Positions 55,198 to 64,000 of a DNA stretch of 64,000 bases are shown piece by piece. The translations under genes and the position numbers were made by a program. Source of the DNA: Eubacteriales bacterium. GTDB taxonomy: Bacteria; Bacillota; Clostridia; Oscillospirales; CAG-272. The notes under the pieces were generated by a model. That model did no database searches. It saw only the letters and a list, made by a program, of their open reading frames with translations, and was not told the origin of the DNA. The stretch is from positions 1,295-65,294 of the forward strand of contig JAZQXI010000167.1 in assembly GCA_045632805.1 (NCBI GenBank). The letters are read 5' to 3'. Every line of letters begins with the position of its first letter. The first letter of the stretch is position 1.

Positions 55198-55932
55198 ATG
55201 CAGATCAGCGTCCTGATGCAAAGCTTTTTGATGGTCTTTTTGGCAGAAATGGGAGATAAATCCCAGTTTTTGATGCTGGCACTCTCCGAGCGTTATCGCA
55301 AGCATGATATTTTGCTTGGCAGTGCCTTGGCAATCCTTTTGCTGAACCTGTTGGCGGTGCTTCTAGGGAGTGCCATGGGGGAATATTTACCGCAGGATGG
55401 GATCTCCGTGATCGCGGGAATGGCATTTCTTGCTTTTGCGCTGATGGATCTTTTGGAATCGGAAAAAGAGGAAAAAACGCATCACGTACGTGGAAAATGG
55501 GCGATCGGAACGGTGTTCGGCACCTATTTTCTGGCAGAGCTTGGTGACAAAACGCAGCTCACAGCACTGGCGCTTGCCGCAGGCGGAGAAGCTTCGTGGG
55601 GACATACCGTTTCGGTTCTCGTCGGTTCGTCCTTGGGACTGTTTTTGTGTGGTGGGATCGCGGTCTTTCTGGGAGATCTGCTTGGAAAACGCTTGCCCGA
55701 ACGCCTTTTTGCCCGCATTTCCGTATTGCTCTTTTTCGTCTGCGGTGTCGTGCGACTTTTGGAGGGCTTTGGAGGCTTGTTCCATGAGTCGGCACACCCC
55801 GTGTTGTTTTCCGTTTTTCCAACACTTGCCATGACGTTTATATGTTTGATCATCGTTTTCAAAGAAAGGAATCGAAATGTCAGAAATTACACAAGTCGCG
55901 CGCAATCCATTTCCAAACAGCGACAGCAATAA
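55198..55932 (+). CDS. GDT1/TMEM165 (UPF0016) family cation (Mn2+/Ca2+) transporter
   Basis: Two E-x-G-D-K-[ST] motifs are present (FLAEMGDKSQ and FLAELGDKTQ), with 6 TM helices. Confidence 0.8.
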   Translation: MQISVLMQSFLMVFLAEMGDKSQFLMLALSERYRKHDILLGSALAILLLNLLAVLLGSAMGEYLPQDGISVIAGMAFLAFALMDLLESEKEEKTHHVRGKWAIGTVFGTYFLAELGDKTQLTALALAAGGEASWGHTVSVLVGSSLGLFLCGGIAVFLGDLLGKRLPERLFARISVLLFFVCGVVRLLEGFGGLFHESAHPVLFSVFPTLAMTFICLIIVFKERNRNVRNYTSRAQSISKQRQQ

Positions 55933-56851
55933 GCGGTACTATACCTACGACTACTATCTCCGCCACCGTTTTGGCGGAAAATGTGCCAAGCTCGCGCTGG
56001 ATGCGGGGTTTACCTGCCCGAACATCGACGGCAGATGCTCGACGGGCGGCTGCATCTATTGCTCTGATCGCGGGAGCGGAGATTTTGCGCCCGAGAGCAT
56101 TCATTCGATCCCCGAACAGATCCGATTGCAAAAGGAAGCTATCTCACACAAGTGGGATACGTCGCGTTGCATCGCGTATTTTCAAGCACATACCAACACC
56201 TACGCGTCCGTGGAAGTGTTGCGTGAGAAGTTTGAAGCGGCACTTGGTGAAGAGGGGATCGTGGGACTCAATATTGCCACGCGCGCCGACTGCTTGGAAA
56301 AGGACGTGGTGGAATATCTCTCCGAGCTTTCGGAACGCACCGTTTTGACGGTGGAGTTGGGGCTTCAATCCTCTTGTGATGCCACCGCGCGACGGATCAA
56401 CCGAGGGCACACCTACGAAGTTTTTTGTCAAGGCTTTGAACGGTTGCGCTCTGCCAATCCCAACATCGGCATCGGTGTACATTTGATCTTCGGGCTTCCG
56501 GGAGAGGGGGAGTGCGAGATGCTGCAAAGTGTTCGTGATGTAGCGGCACTCCATCCCGAGCAGGTCAAGCTTCACCTGCTTCACGTTCTTCGCGGAACGC
56601 CGCTTGGTACGATGTACGAGCGCGGACAGTACACGCCGATGGAACGAGAGGATTATATCCGTCTTGTCGCGGACGCTTTGGAGCTGTTGCCGCCCGACGT
56701 TGTGATCGCGCGACTGACGGGAGACGGCGCTGGGGAAGCACTGTTAGCTCCCGATTGGAGTCGCAAAAAGACAACGGTCATCAACGATATCGACAAGCTG
56801 TTGTACGCGCGGGATTCCTATCAAGGAAAGCGATATTTGATGAACGTGTAA
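55877..56851 (+). CDS. TIGR01212-family radical SAM protein
   Basis: The motif reads FTCPNIDGRCSTGGCIYC, with the family-typical YFQAHTNTY and LGLQS. ATG 55877 follows AAAGGA. The gene overlaps the upstream gene by 56 nt. Confidence 0.75.
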   Translation: MSEITQVARNPFPNSDSNKRYYTYDYYLRHRFGGKCAKLALDAGFTCPNIDGRCSTGGCIYCSDRGSGDFAPESIHSIPEQIRLQKEAISHKWDTSRCIAYFQAHTNTYASVEVLREKFEAALGEEGIVGLNIATRADCLEKDVVEYLSELSERTVLTVELGLQSSCDATARRINRGHTYEVFCQGFERLRSANPNIGIGVHLIFGLPGEGECEMLQSVRDVAALHPEQVKLHLLHVLRGTPLGTMYERGQYTPMEREDYIRLVADALELLPPDVVIARLTGDGAGEALLAPDWSRKKTTVINDIDKLLYARDSYQGKRYLMNV

Positions 56852-56943
56852 CGCTTTTCGCTGAAAAAGCAAAAAAATCATAGCAATTTGTCTGCGCGTT
56901 TGCTATGATAAAGGCATAGACTTGTTCTTTTGGAGGGAATGGT

Positions 56944-58623
56944 ATGCTGATTACAAACGCAGAACAGTTAAAGGCTTATGCCGCGCCACATCGCATCTGG
57001 CAGGGAATTCCCGGGATTGAGGTCACACCAAACGGACGTGTTTTCGTGTGCTTTTATTCGGGTGGGGTTGCGGAAGGAGCCGGAAATTTCTCGCTTTTGC
57101 TCCGTTCCGATGACGGTGTGGAGTTTGGTGAACCTGTAGCGGTTGCTTTTGAGGCAGGCTATGCGAGATGCTACGATCCCGGGGTATGGATCGATCCGTT
57201 AGGGCGGCTTTGGTTTTGGTGGGCGCAGGCTCCCCATAACGCCGTGCATGCGGTGATCTGCGACGATCCCGACGCGGAGACACTTGTATGGGGCGAGGAG
57301 CGCATCATCGGGCACGACGTCATGATGAACAAGCCCACGGTGCTGTCTACGGGCGAATGGCTCTTTCCCATGGCGGTGTGGAGCGAGGATATCAAGCTCC
57401 CTTGGTGGAAATTTCAAACCGAGCAGACCGAGCGGCTTGCGTTCGTTTACCGCTCGGCGGATCACGGAAAAACCTTTACCCGTCTTGGAGGCGCGGATGT
57501 TCCAAGTCGCTCCTTTGATGAGCATATGATTTTGGAAAAGCTTGATGGAATGCTGGAGATGTACGTCCGCACGAGTTACGGCATCGGAATCGCGCGCTCG
57601 GTAGACGGTGGATTGCATTGGAGCCATGGCGAAAACAGCGGACATGCAGGTCCTTGCTCCCGTTTCCACATTCGCAAATTGGAGTCGGGAAGGCTGTTGC
57701 TGATCAATCACGTCAACTATACGGGAAGAAACAATCTGACGGCATTGCTTTCCGACGATGACGGGAAGACATGGAAATGGCAGTTGCTTTTGGATGGGCG
57801 AAATCAGGTCTCCTATCCCGACGTGACCGAGCGAAACGGTTATCTTTATATTACGTATGACCGCGAACGCGGTTGCTTTCAGCGTTCCTTGAAAGAGGCG
57901 TATGCCTCGGCGCGAGAGGTGCTTTACGCAAAGATTACAGAGAAGGACATTATGGCAGGGAAATTGGTCGATCCCGAAAGCGTTCTTGCACGCGTGGTGT
58001 CAAAGCTTGGAAAATATGCGGGGGAACATGAGAATCCTTACCGCGAGGTGGGATACCTGCCTGCCGAAACGGTGGCATCCAGTCTTGCCGATGTTGAGGA
58101 CAGTGAAACGGTTTTGCAAAAGCTGTTTGAGTGTTATCCGATGAATTGCATCAACATGCACCGCTTGGACTCTTGCCGATTGGATACATTGATCGAGAAT
58201 TGGAAGAGCGGAAACGGCAACAAAACCGATATCTTGCACAAGATCGTGTCTCTGATCCGTGCGGCGTCGGATGACGCGCGGGAGCTGTCTCCCATCATTG
58301 TGTCCGCGCGCACCTACGCGGAGGAGCATTTGGGGGGCGATTTGAGTGTGCAGGAGATCGCGGAGCGCTTGGGGATCAGCATGTATTATCTTTCGCATCT
58401 GTTTAAGCGCGAGACGGGAACGACACTGAGCGACTATATCGGTGAAATGCGCCTGACGCGAGCGAAGCAAATGCTTGCGCAGAGTGATACGAGTATTACC
58501 GAGATCGCGCACGTGTGTGGATTTTCGGATGCGGCGTACTTTTCAAAATGCTTTTCGGCGGTAATGGGAATGACTCCCGGCAAATACCGCACGTTGAATC
58601 AAAACGGTTCAATCAATCAATAA
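56944..58623 (+). CDS. Fusion of a BNR/Asp-box sialidase-like beta-propeller (N-terminal ~340 aa) and an AraC-type HTH DNA-binding domain (C-terminal ~100 aa)
   Basis: Asp-boxes are SADHGKTF, SVDGGLHW and SDDDGKTW. The C-terminus reads LSVQEIAERLGISMYYLSHLFKRETGTTLSDYIGEMRLTRAKQML..TSITEIAHVCGFSDAAYFSKCFSAVMGMTPGKYR. Confidence 0.7.
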   Translation: MLITNAEQLKAYAAPHRIWQGIPGIEVTPNGRVFVCFYSGGVAEGAGNFSLLLRSDDGVEFGEPVAVAFEAGYARCYDPGVWIDPLGRLWFWWAQAPHNAVHAVICDDPDAETLVWGEERIIGHDVMMNKPTVLSTGEWLFPMAVWSEDIKLPWWKFQTEQTERLAFVYRSADHGKTFTRLGGADVPSRSFDEHMILEKLDGMLEMYVRTSYGIGIARSVDGGLHWSHGENSGHAGPCSRFHIRKLESGRLLLINHVNYTGRNNLTALLSDDDGKTWKWQLLLDGRNQVSYPDVTERNGYLYITYDRERGCFQRSLKEAYASAREVLYAKITEKDIMAGKLVDPESVLARVVSKLGKYAGEHENPYREVGYLPAETVASSLADVEDSETVLQKLFECYPMNCINMHRLDSCRLDTLIENWKSGNGNKTDILHKIVSLIRAASDDARELSPIIVSARTYAEEHLGGDLSVQEIAERLGISMYYLSHLFKRETGTTLSDYIGEMRLTRAKQMLAQSDTSITEIAHVCGFSDAAYFSKCFSAVMGMTPGKYRTLNQNGSINQ

Positions 58624-58664
58624 AAAACGGCACCGCACAAATTCATTGTGCGGTTCCGTTTTTT
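58624..58664. terminator. Bidirectional terminator between convergent genes
   Basis: AAAAA-CGGCACCGCACA...TGTGCGGTTCCG-TTTTT, with one mismatch in the stem. Confidence 0.7.
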
Positions 58665-59166
58665 ATGCTTTTTCCAATGCCCGTTCCACCGTTTCAAACA
58701 CGGTGTTTCGTTCGGTCGGGTCTAAGATCGCATAGACCACGTAATTGCCAAAGGTGCGCACCTCGGCATCCTGCAGCTTGGAGGTTTCCTCGGGAATATA
58801 GGAGTCGTACCATTCGCGGTTGTTCAAGTAGGAAAGCTCCAGGTATTTCTCCATCAGCATCGCTTCCAATTCCTTGGCGCTGCCTTTTGTCACGTGATAG
58901 ACACCGAACTCGTTGATGTTGTTCGTGTCGGAAACATAGCGCACGGTGTGGTCGGTGACCGATTCGGGAAGCGTAAAATAAGAATCGGTGAGTCCCGTGT
59001 CATCAGTCAAATAGACATTTTCACCGCCAAGCGCATGCGTAATTTCATCGGCAAGCTCCTCGGAAGAAAGATCATCGCTGAATTCCTCCATTTTCAAGCA
59101 CGCGGAAAGCGTGACGAGGAGTAGCGCGAGCATCAGTACAGATAAGAAACGTGTTGTATATTTCAT
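58663..59166 (-). CDS. DUF4358-like lipoprotein
   Basis: The signal peptide carries the lipobox LSAC, in ~167 aa. ATG 59166. Confidence 0.55.
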   Translation of the reverse strand: MKYTTRFLSVLMLALLLVTLSACLKMEEFSDDLSSEELADEITHALGGENVYLTDDTGLTDSYFTLPESVTDHTVRYVSDTNNINEFGVYHVTKGSAKELEAMLMEKYLELSYLNNREWYDSYIPEETSKLQDAEVRTFGNYVVYAILDPTERNTVFETVERALEKA

Positions 59167-59170
59167 GGTT

Positions 59171-59947
59171 TTACATCCTTTCTTTTTGAGATGTAGCCCA
59201 TGCGATTTGGCTTGCATGGGCGCAAAGATAAGAAAGAATGTCACGATAGGCTTCGTTGGTCAGATGGATTCCGTCACCGACATCGTACTTGGCAAGCAAC
59301 GAGCCGTCCGTGTCCTGCAAAATCGAGGCGGTGTTTGCAAAATCAACGTGCTGCTGTGTGGCAATCTCTTGTATCCACGCATTGAGCGTGCGGATGTGGG
59401 CGTTGAGTGTGTCAACGTCTACCGAATAGTTTTCGGCAGAACGGACAGGATAGACCGATTGCAGAATGATGCGTGTGTTGGGGGATTCCTTCCGAATTCC
59501 TTGGATCAAGGTCGTATAGGCATCGAAAAAGCTTTGCGGATTTCGTATAAATCCCATGATGCCGTTCAGACCAAAAGAGAGGACAAGATATTGCGGAGTG
59601 AGCTTTTTCAGCGCATCCGAAAAGCAGATCTTTTGTGTTTCTCCGTTGCCGTTTTGCAATAAAACGGGAGAGGAAAGAATTCGACGGTCCAGCATCCGTG
59701 TACCGCTTTCATCACGCAGAACACGTCTTGCATCGGTGGGATTGTCAAGGATTCCGCCGTGGCGGCAAAGATGCGCTGTGGTGGATTCCCCAAAGAAAAA
59801 GAGCCGCTCCAAAATTCCTGCCGATGCGTCTGCCGTGATGTCTGTACGTTTTTCCGCAGCATGTGTGGGAAGTGTGCCAAGGAGTGCCGCGATGGTGAGA
59901 ATGAGTGCGGCAAGGCAGACATAGCATTTTGACGGTTGGGAATTCAT
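59171..59947 (-). CDS. Secreted SGNH/GDSL-family hydrolase
   Basis: A signal peptide is present. Block I is FFGESTT, block II LSFGLNG and block V DGIHLT. Confidence 0.7.
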   Translation of the reverse strand: MNSQPSKCYVCLAALILTIAALLGTLPTHAAEKRTDITADASAGILERLFFFGESTTAHLCRHGGILDNPTDARRVLRDESGTRMLDRRILSSPVLLQNGNGETQKICFSDALKKLTPQYLVLSFGLNGIMGFIRNPQSFFDAYTTLIQGIRKESPNTRIILQSVYPVRSAENYSVDVDTLNAHIRTLNAWIQEIATQQHVDFANTASILQDTDGSLLAKYDVGDGIHLTNEAYRDILSYLCAHASQIAWATSQKERM

Positions 59948-59968
59948 AGAGCGGCATCCTTCTTTCGA

Positions 59969-60367
59969 TCAATCCTCTTCCAAAATTTTGCGGAAGCGCT
60001 TTTGGAAGATATGTACCAATAAAAAGAGGATCCAATAAAGGACAGAGAGTAATACGCAAAGCAGCAAAACCGTTACGGGGGAGACGGTGCCGCCCAGGTG
60101 CGGAAGCAGGACCAAGGTAAGGAATGCGAGCAGGGTGATGGCGTAATGAGAGAGCCAGCGTGCCCAGCGGGGGATTTTTTCAGATCGATAGAGCATTCCC
60201 GCCACCGCCATCGCAAGACCAAAAGGAACGAGCAGCAAAAAGGATGTGACGTCAAGAGGGGATTGTCCGTTGCCCGCGAAAAGCCCCGCCATCAGCAAGC
60301 AGATGGAAATGACCGTGTACCAAAGGCAGGTGCTGCGCAAAGCCTTTTTGAAAATTGTAAAAAACTT
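59969..60367 (-). CDS. Small integral membrane protein (4 TM), function unknown
   Basis: The hydrophobicity pattern indicates 4 TM helices. The ATG at 60367 (MKFFTIFKK) is preferred over the ORF-track start. Confidence 0.45.
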   Translation of the reverse strand, partial: KFFTIFKKALRSTCLWYTVISICLLMAGLFAGNGQSPLDVTSFLLLVPFGLAMAVAGMLYRSEKIPRWARWLSHYAITLLAFLTLVLLPHLGGTVSPVTVLLLCVLLSVLYWILFLLVHIFQKRFRKILEED

Positions 60368-60612
60368 CATAATATCCTCGCAGATCAAAAATTCACGCTC
60401 TTATTATACCACGCATTTCGCCCATTTTCGCAAAAAACAAAAATTGTTTACAAATGAATGTGTTTTGAGTGAAATGTCATGCGAAAGAGGTGTATGGCTG
60501 AAGGGGGGAATAGGAACAACGATCCATGAGAGGGGGCTGAAATGCGGTGGAAGTTCTTGAAAGGGGCTCAGGGGAACCTTCTTACAAGAAGGTTCCCCCG
60601 AAAAAATGATAC

Positions 60613-63600
60613 TTATTTCACTCTGTTAAACGCGAAGATACGGAAATCGTTGGGGTCGAGTTTGCGGGCGACGTCCATGGATGCTTCCGCTTCCTCGGTC
60701 TTGCCGTAGCCGAGAAGCGCGAACGCGCGCAGGATGTGACCGTCACGCAAATTGTTCTTTTCGATGTCATACTCAAAGGGCATGGGGGAAGGAGAACCGA
60801 CACCGTAGTAGGTGCGCAGATCCTTGTTGACGATCAAGTTGTCGGCAACACTGAGCATTTCGTTCAGTACCTCGGTTGCCTCTGTTTCGCGTCCCAGCTC
60901 TTTCAGTGCCAACGCACGGAAGAGGGAAAGCTCGGAGACAGCAGCCTTGTAGATCGCCGCCTCTTCGTATGCTGCTTTTTCTTCGTTCTGCTTGCCCATC
61001 TTTGCGTAGAGCTTTGCGAGATAGTAGAAGATATGTGCTTCCTGATTGAAGAAGGTTTTTGCCTCACCGTAGGACTTGGGCATGTTGACGCCGTTCATGT
61101 AGATCTGCTCGGCTTCCTCATACTTGCCCGCCTCGGTCAGCTCCTTACCGTACAGGGTGTGCATCCACGCGTGCTGCTTGGTCAATTTTCCTTCGCCGCC
61201 CTCGTAGATGTGGAAGCGCTTCTTTGCCGCCATTTCGATCGCGGTCTTAAAGTCGCCCGTCTGGCAGATGAGCGTGAGCTTGTCAAGATAGCAGTCATCT
61301 CTTTCCTTGAGCAATTCGGGATACTTTTCGTATACCGCGAGGCGCTCCTCGATGGAGCAGTTCATGTTCTTGAGCAGTTGCTCGTATTCCAAGAGGAGTC
61401 GGGGATCGTCGCCCTTGAATTCCAAGGCTTTTTCAAGACACGTGCGCGCTTTTGCGGCATCGTTTGCCTTATCGAAGTAGTAGAGCGAGAGGTTTCTCCA
61501 AGCCTTGCCGTGGGTAGGATCGTTGGCAACGCAGGATTCCCAAGCGTCGGCGGCATCCGCATAGCGGAACTTATCGTAGCAGAGACAGCCGAGATAGTAG
61601 TAAGCATTTGCGCCCGTGGGGCAGGTCTTGATCGCGTTTTCCAAAACGAGGATATCTTCCAAGCGAGAGGGGAAGCAATAGCCCGTGGGAAGCGCGTTTG
61701 CCGCATTGATCAGATCACAGGGGCAGTTGCCGAGCATCTTTTGGCAGTACGCCTTATAATAGTTGACCATGGGATAGGTGTCGTCAGCCAAATCGAGCGT
61801 GTAAAGCGCGTCCTCGTAGAGTCCTGCGCGCATGTAGTCGATCGCAACGTCGATCAGGTTCTCTGCCTTCAGACGGAATTGCTCCAAAGAAGCGGAATTG
61901 TCCACGTAGTGGGAGTTTTCGACCATTGCGAAGAGATCGAGCAGGTCGTCCTTGGCGTTTTCAGCCGCCAGAACCTTTGCACAGTCACAGCCGAGGTGGC
62001 GCAAGATTGCCGCCTTGAGGTTTTGTGCCTTGGTGTGACCCTTGTTCAGTCCAAGGGATTCGTCGATCTTTTCCAGTGCTGCCTTAAAGTCTCCCTTCTT
62101 GCAATCCAGACAAGCCAATTCAAACATTGCCGCCGAACGGTGGGTGTAGTTCCAAGCCGCGCGGTAGAGTGTGTCGTAGGCTTCATCCTCGCGACCGAGG
62201 TAACAAAGTGCCAATCCCTTGAGATAGAACGCCTCGGTGTCGGTGGGGTGCTGGTTGCGAGAGGTCAGGCGCTTGATGGCAACGTCGCAATAGGAGACGC
62301 AGGCTTCAAATTCGCCGTTTTTGAGTGCCAGACGACCCATGGAGGTGTTGCAGCGGATGTCACCCGCGTCGCGCTTGATTCCCTCGAGATAGTAATCTGC
62401 GGGGCGGTAGTTGTGCTGCTTGTATTGCTCCAGATGATAGCCGTTGATGTAAAGCTCCTCGACAGTTGCGATCTCCGAAGGACGCTTGACCGGCTCACGG
62501 ACGTCAATAGGAGTCTTTTGTCCTCTCTTGTAGGGAGTGTAGGAGATCAGCTCTTTTCCGCATTCGGAAACCAAAGCGACGGTCAGATCCTCAAAGGCTT
62601 CATTGCCGAAATCGACGGTTTTAAGATAGGAAATTGCGGGGTCGAAGTCAAGCGTTTCGGTAAAGACCGTTCCGTTCTTGCCCGTGACCTTAACGGTGGC
62701 GTTTTGGAACTTGCCCGTGACGTTGATTCCCACAAAGAGCTTGCCGTCTCTCTCTTCCATGTTGAGAGCGGCGTCGATGGAAGCGTTCTTGGGCTCTCCA
62801 ATGTCGCGGATGGGGTACCAGTATTGCTCGAACTCCTTGGTTTCGTAAGGCGCGATCCAGGTGAAGTCAGGCTGGTTATCGGTATAAACACCCGTCATCA
62901 ATTCGATGTAAGGACCGTTTTCGTCGGTGAGGTTGGAGCACCACATATCACCAAAATCGCCGATGCCCCAGTGCCACATCTTTTTACCGGGGGAGATGTG
63001 ATGGTTGGCAACGGTTGCGATACCCTTGTCGATTCCCGTGTCGTAGCCCGCGATGAAGTCCATGTCGGACTGACCTTGGGAGATGAGGTAAGAGGAGGGA
63101 ACCTTTACGGCATCGTAGTGAGAAAGATCGGTGCCATTCCCGAAATTATAGGGGCGTGCGGTCTTGTAGATGCCCTTTGCGATCGGCCACTCCAATACGG
63201 CGCGACGGTCGTGGTCGTTGACCCATTCACAATCGGGGGGGAATACGGTGCGGTAATTGTCGTTGACCGGAACCGCAAGGTTTGCCCACCACATAAAGAG
63301 CTGGGGAAGAGAGGTGCGGTTGTAAACTCTGACCTTTGCCTTGATGTAGGTTCTGCCGGCATCCACGGTGATACCCGCCATGCCCTTCATACGGTTCATG
63401 GGCTCGACCTCGCCCGTCCAAACGGTCTTGCCGCCGTCGGCGTTCTCCTCGATCACGGCTTCCAGCGGCATATAGGTTGTGGGTCTGTGGTGCTGGGGCC
63501 AGTTGAATTCAATTCCGCCCGAGATCCAAGGACCTGCGATGCCGACGAGTGCGGGCTTGACCACCTCGTTGTAGTAGATAAAATCATGGCTTCCGACCTT

Positions 63601-63855
63601 GTCGTAGCCGCGCAGGATCTTACCGCCAAGAGCGGGAACGACCTGCGTTTTGACGTATTCGTTTTCTACGGTGTAAACGTCGTAGTCAACGTCGGTCTTG
63701 GTGTCGGTGATCCCATCGGAATAGGGAATGGGGTAGATGCGTCCCGATGCTCCCTGATAGGGCTTGTTTTCAAAAAACATGGGCAGATCGTGCGCCGCCT
63801 TGGGAATATAGGTGGGGATCGCCTGCTTCTTTTTTTCAACGAGAACTTTTTTCAT
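60613..63855 (-). CDS. Large TPR-repeat protein with an N-terminal DUF5107-like (mutarotase-like) domain
   Basis: The N-terminus reads FENKPYQGASGRIYPIPYSD...GGIEFNWPQHHRP. The C-terminal half contains multiple TPR-like repeats. ATG 63855 sits 9 nt after GGGAGG. Confidence 0.55.
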   Translation of the reverse strand: MKKVLVEKKKQAIPTYIPKAAHDLPMFFENKPYQGASGRIYPIPYSDGITDTKTDVDYDVYTVENEYVKTQVVPALGGKILRGYDKVGSHDFIYYNEVVKPALVGIAGPWISGGIEFNWPQHHRPTTYMPLEAVIEENADGGKTVWTGEVEPMNRMKGMAGITVDAGRTYIKAKVRVYNRTSLPQLFMWWANLAVPVNDNYRTVFPPDCEWVNDHDRRAVLEWPIAKGIYKTARPYNFGNGTDLSHYDAVKVPSSYLISQGQSDMDFIAGYDTGIDKGIATVANHHISPGKKMWHWGIGDFGDMWCSNLTDENGPYIELMTGVYTDNQPDFTWIAPYETKEFEQYWYPIRDIGEPKNASIDAALNMEERDGKLFVGINVTGKFQNATVKVTGKNGTVFTETLDFDPAISYLKTVDFGNEAFEDLTVALVSECGKELISYTPYKRGQKTPIDVREPVKRPSEIATVEELYINGYHLEQYKQHNYRPADYYLEGIKRDAGDIRCNTSMGRLALKNGEFEACVSYCDVAIKRLTSRNQHPTDTEAFYLKGLALCYLGREDEAYDTLYRAAWNYTHRSAAMFELACLDCKKGDFKAALEKIDESLGLNKGHTKAQNLKAAILRHLGCDCAKVLAAENAKDDLLDLFAMVENSHYVDNSASLEQFRLKAENLIDVAIDYMRAGLYEDALYTLDLADDTYPMVNYYKAYCQKMLGNCPCDLINAANALPTGYCFPSRLEDILVLENAIKTCPTGANAYYYLGCLCYDKFRYADAADAWESCVANDPTHGKAWRNLSLYYFDKANDAAKARTCLEKALEFKGDDPRLLLEYEQLLKNMNCSIEERLAVYEKYPELLKERDDCYLDKLTLICQTGDFKTAIEMAAKKRFHIYEGGEGKLTKQHAWMHTLYGKELTEAGKYEEAEQIYMNGVNMPKSYGEAKTFFNQEAHIFYYLAKLYAKMGKQNEEKAAYEEAAIYKAAVSELSLFRALALKELGRETEATEVLNEMLSVADNLIVNKDLRTYYGVGSPSPMPFEYDIEKNNLRDGHILRAFALLGYGKTEEAEASMDVARKLDPNDFRIFAFNRVK

Positions 63856-63977
63856 TGACAATGCCTCCCGAAATATGTTATAATGATGCTAACGAGTATA
63901 TTATACGTGATTTCCCGTTTTCCTGCAAGACAAACTTTTGGGCGGGATTTTCACAAAAAATTACACGGAGGAAGGGT

Positions 63978-64000
63978 ATGTACGTTATCAGCGAACCGGA
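63978..64000 (+). CDS. 5' end of an unidentified CDS running off the right edge (MYVISEP...)
   Basis: The ATG sits 6 nt after GGAGGAAGG. Only 7 codons are visible. Confidence 0.3.

Noticed and set aside
60571-60599. The hairpin GGGGAACCTTCTT-ACAA-GAAGGTTCCCC as terminator of the DUF5107/TPR gene.
   Set aside because: On the minus strand the T-tract lies before the stem rather than after it, and on the plus strand an A-tract follows. It is not a canonical intrinsic terminator in either direction, so it is left unannotated.
60736-63858. A 1040-aa ORF on the plus strand.
   Set aside because: It is antisense to the DUF5107/TPR gene. It is Val/Gly/Asp/Arg-rich without motifs, so it is a shadow ORF.
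1-64000. CRISPR arrays, rRNA genes, IS transposases, integrases, reverse transcriptases and phage structural genes.
   Set aside because: I looked for regularly spaced short direct repeats and for the characteristic protein motifs in all six frames and found none. The only repeats are the structured ~200-280-bp family, the hairpin family and the 51-bp islet direct repeats.

Overview
This is about 64 kb of a moderately GC-rich Firmicutes/Clostridia-type chromosome. That call rests on gene content, SD-dependent starts and sigma-A TTGACA/TATAAT promoters; GC was judged by eye only.

Most of the window is housekeeping. In order: coaX with an ECF S-component; the yybS-gdpP-rplI-dnaB-tilS-ftsH block; a folT-like gene and folC behind a THF riboswitch; queT behind a preQ1-I riboswitch; cca; a TIGR03960/TIGR03936 radical SAM fusion; rlmB; tRNA-Ser(GGA); perR-rubrerythrin; galT; alaS; polA; an XPD/DinG-like helicase; an aminotransferase; a GDT1-type transporter; and a TIGR01212 radical SAM protein. 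Scattered among these are cytoplasmic carbohydrate-related genes: two heparinase II/III-like proteins, a beta-helix protein, an aldose epimerase, a DUF5107/TPR protein, a glycyl-radical enzyme and AraC regulators.

I found no rRNA, CRISPR array, transposase, integrase or phage genes.

Features that ordinary annotation would not explain:
1. A ~320-nt leader in front of the S-component/coaX operon, built from near-perfect nested helices.
2. A family of four ~200-280-bp non-coding repeats with three covarying stem-loops. Three copies are bracketed by direct duplications of whole terminator-like hairpins.
3. A dispersed GTCTCAAAT...ATTTGAGAC hairpin family.
4. A 2.9-kb AT-rich islet at tRNA-Ser, bounded by 51-bp direct repeats, carrying a BspA-type LRR lipoprotein and an unknown protein with a PD-(D/E)xK-like motif.
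5. A second AT-rich islet with an XRE regulator and a membrane zinc-ribbon protein.
6. Three unusual proteins: a catalytically degenerate P-type-ATPase homologue, a BNR/sialidase-like propeller fused to an AraC DNA-binding domain, and a glycyl-radical enzyme with no neighbouring activase.

All calls come from reading the sequence and the ORF track. RNA and repeat coordinates are good to a few nt. Family assignments rest on recognised motifs, not database searches.
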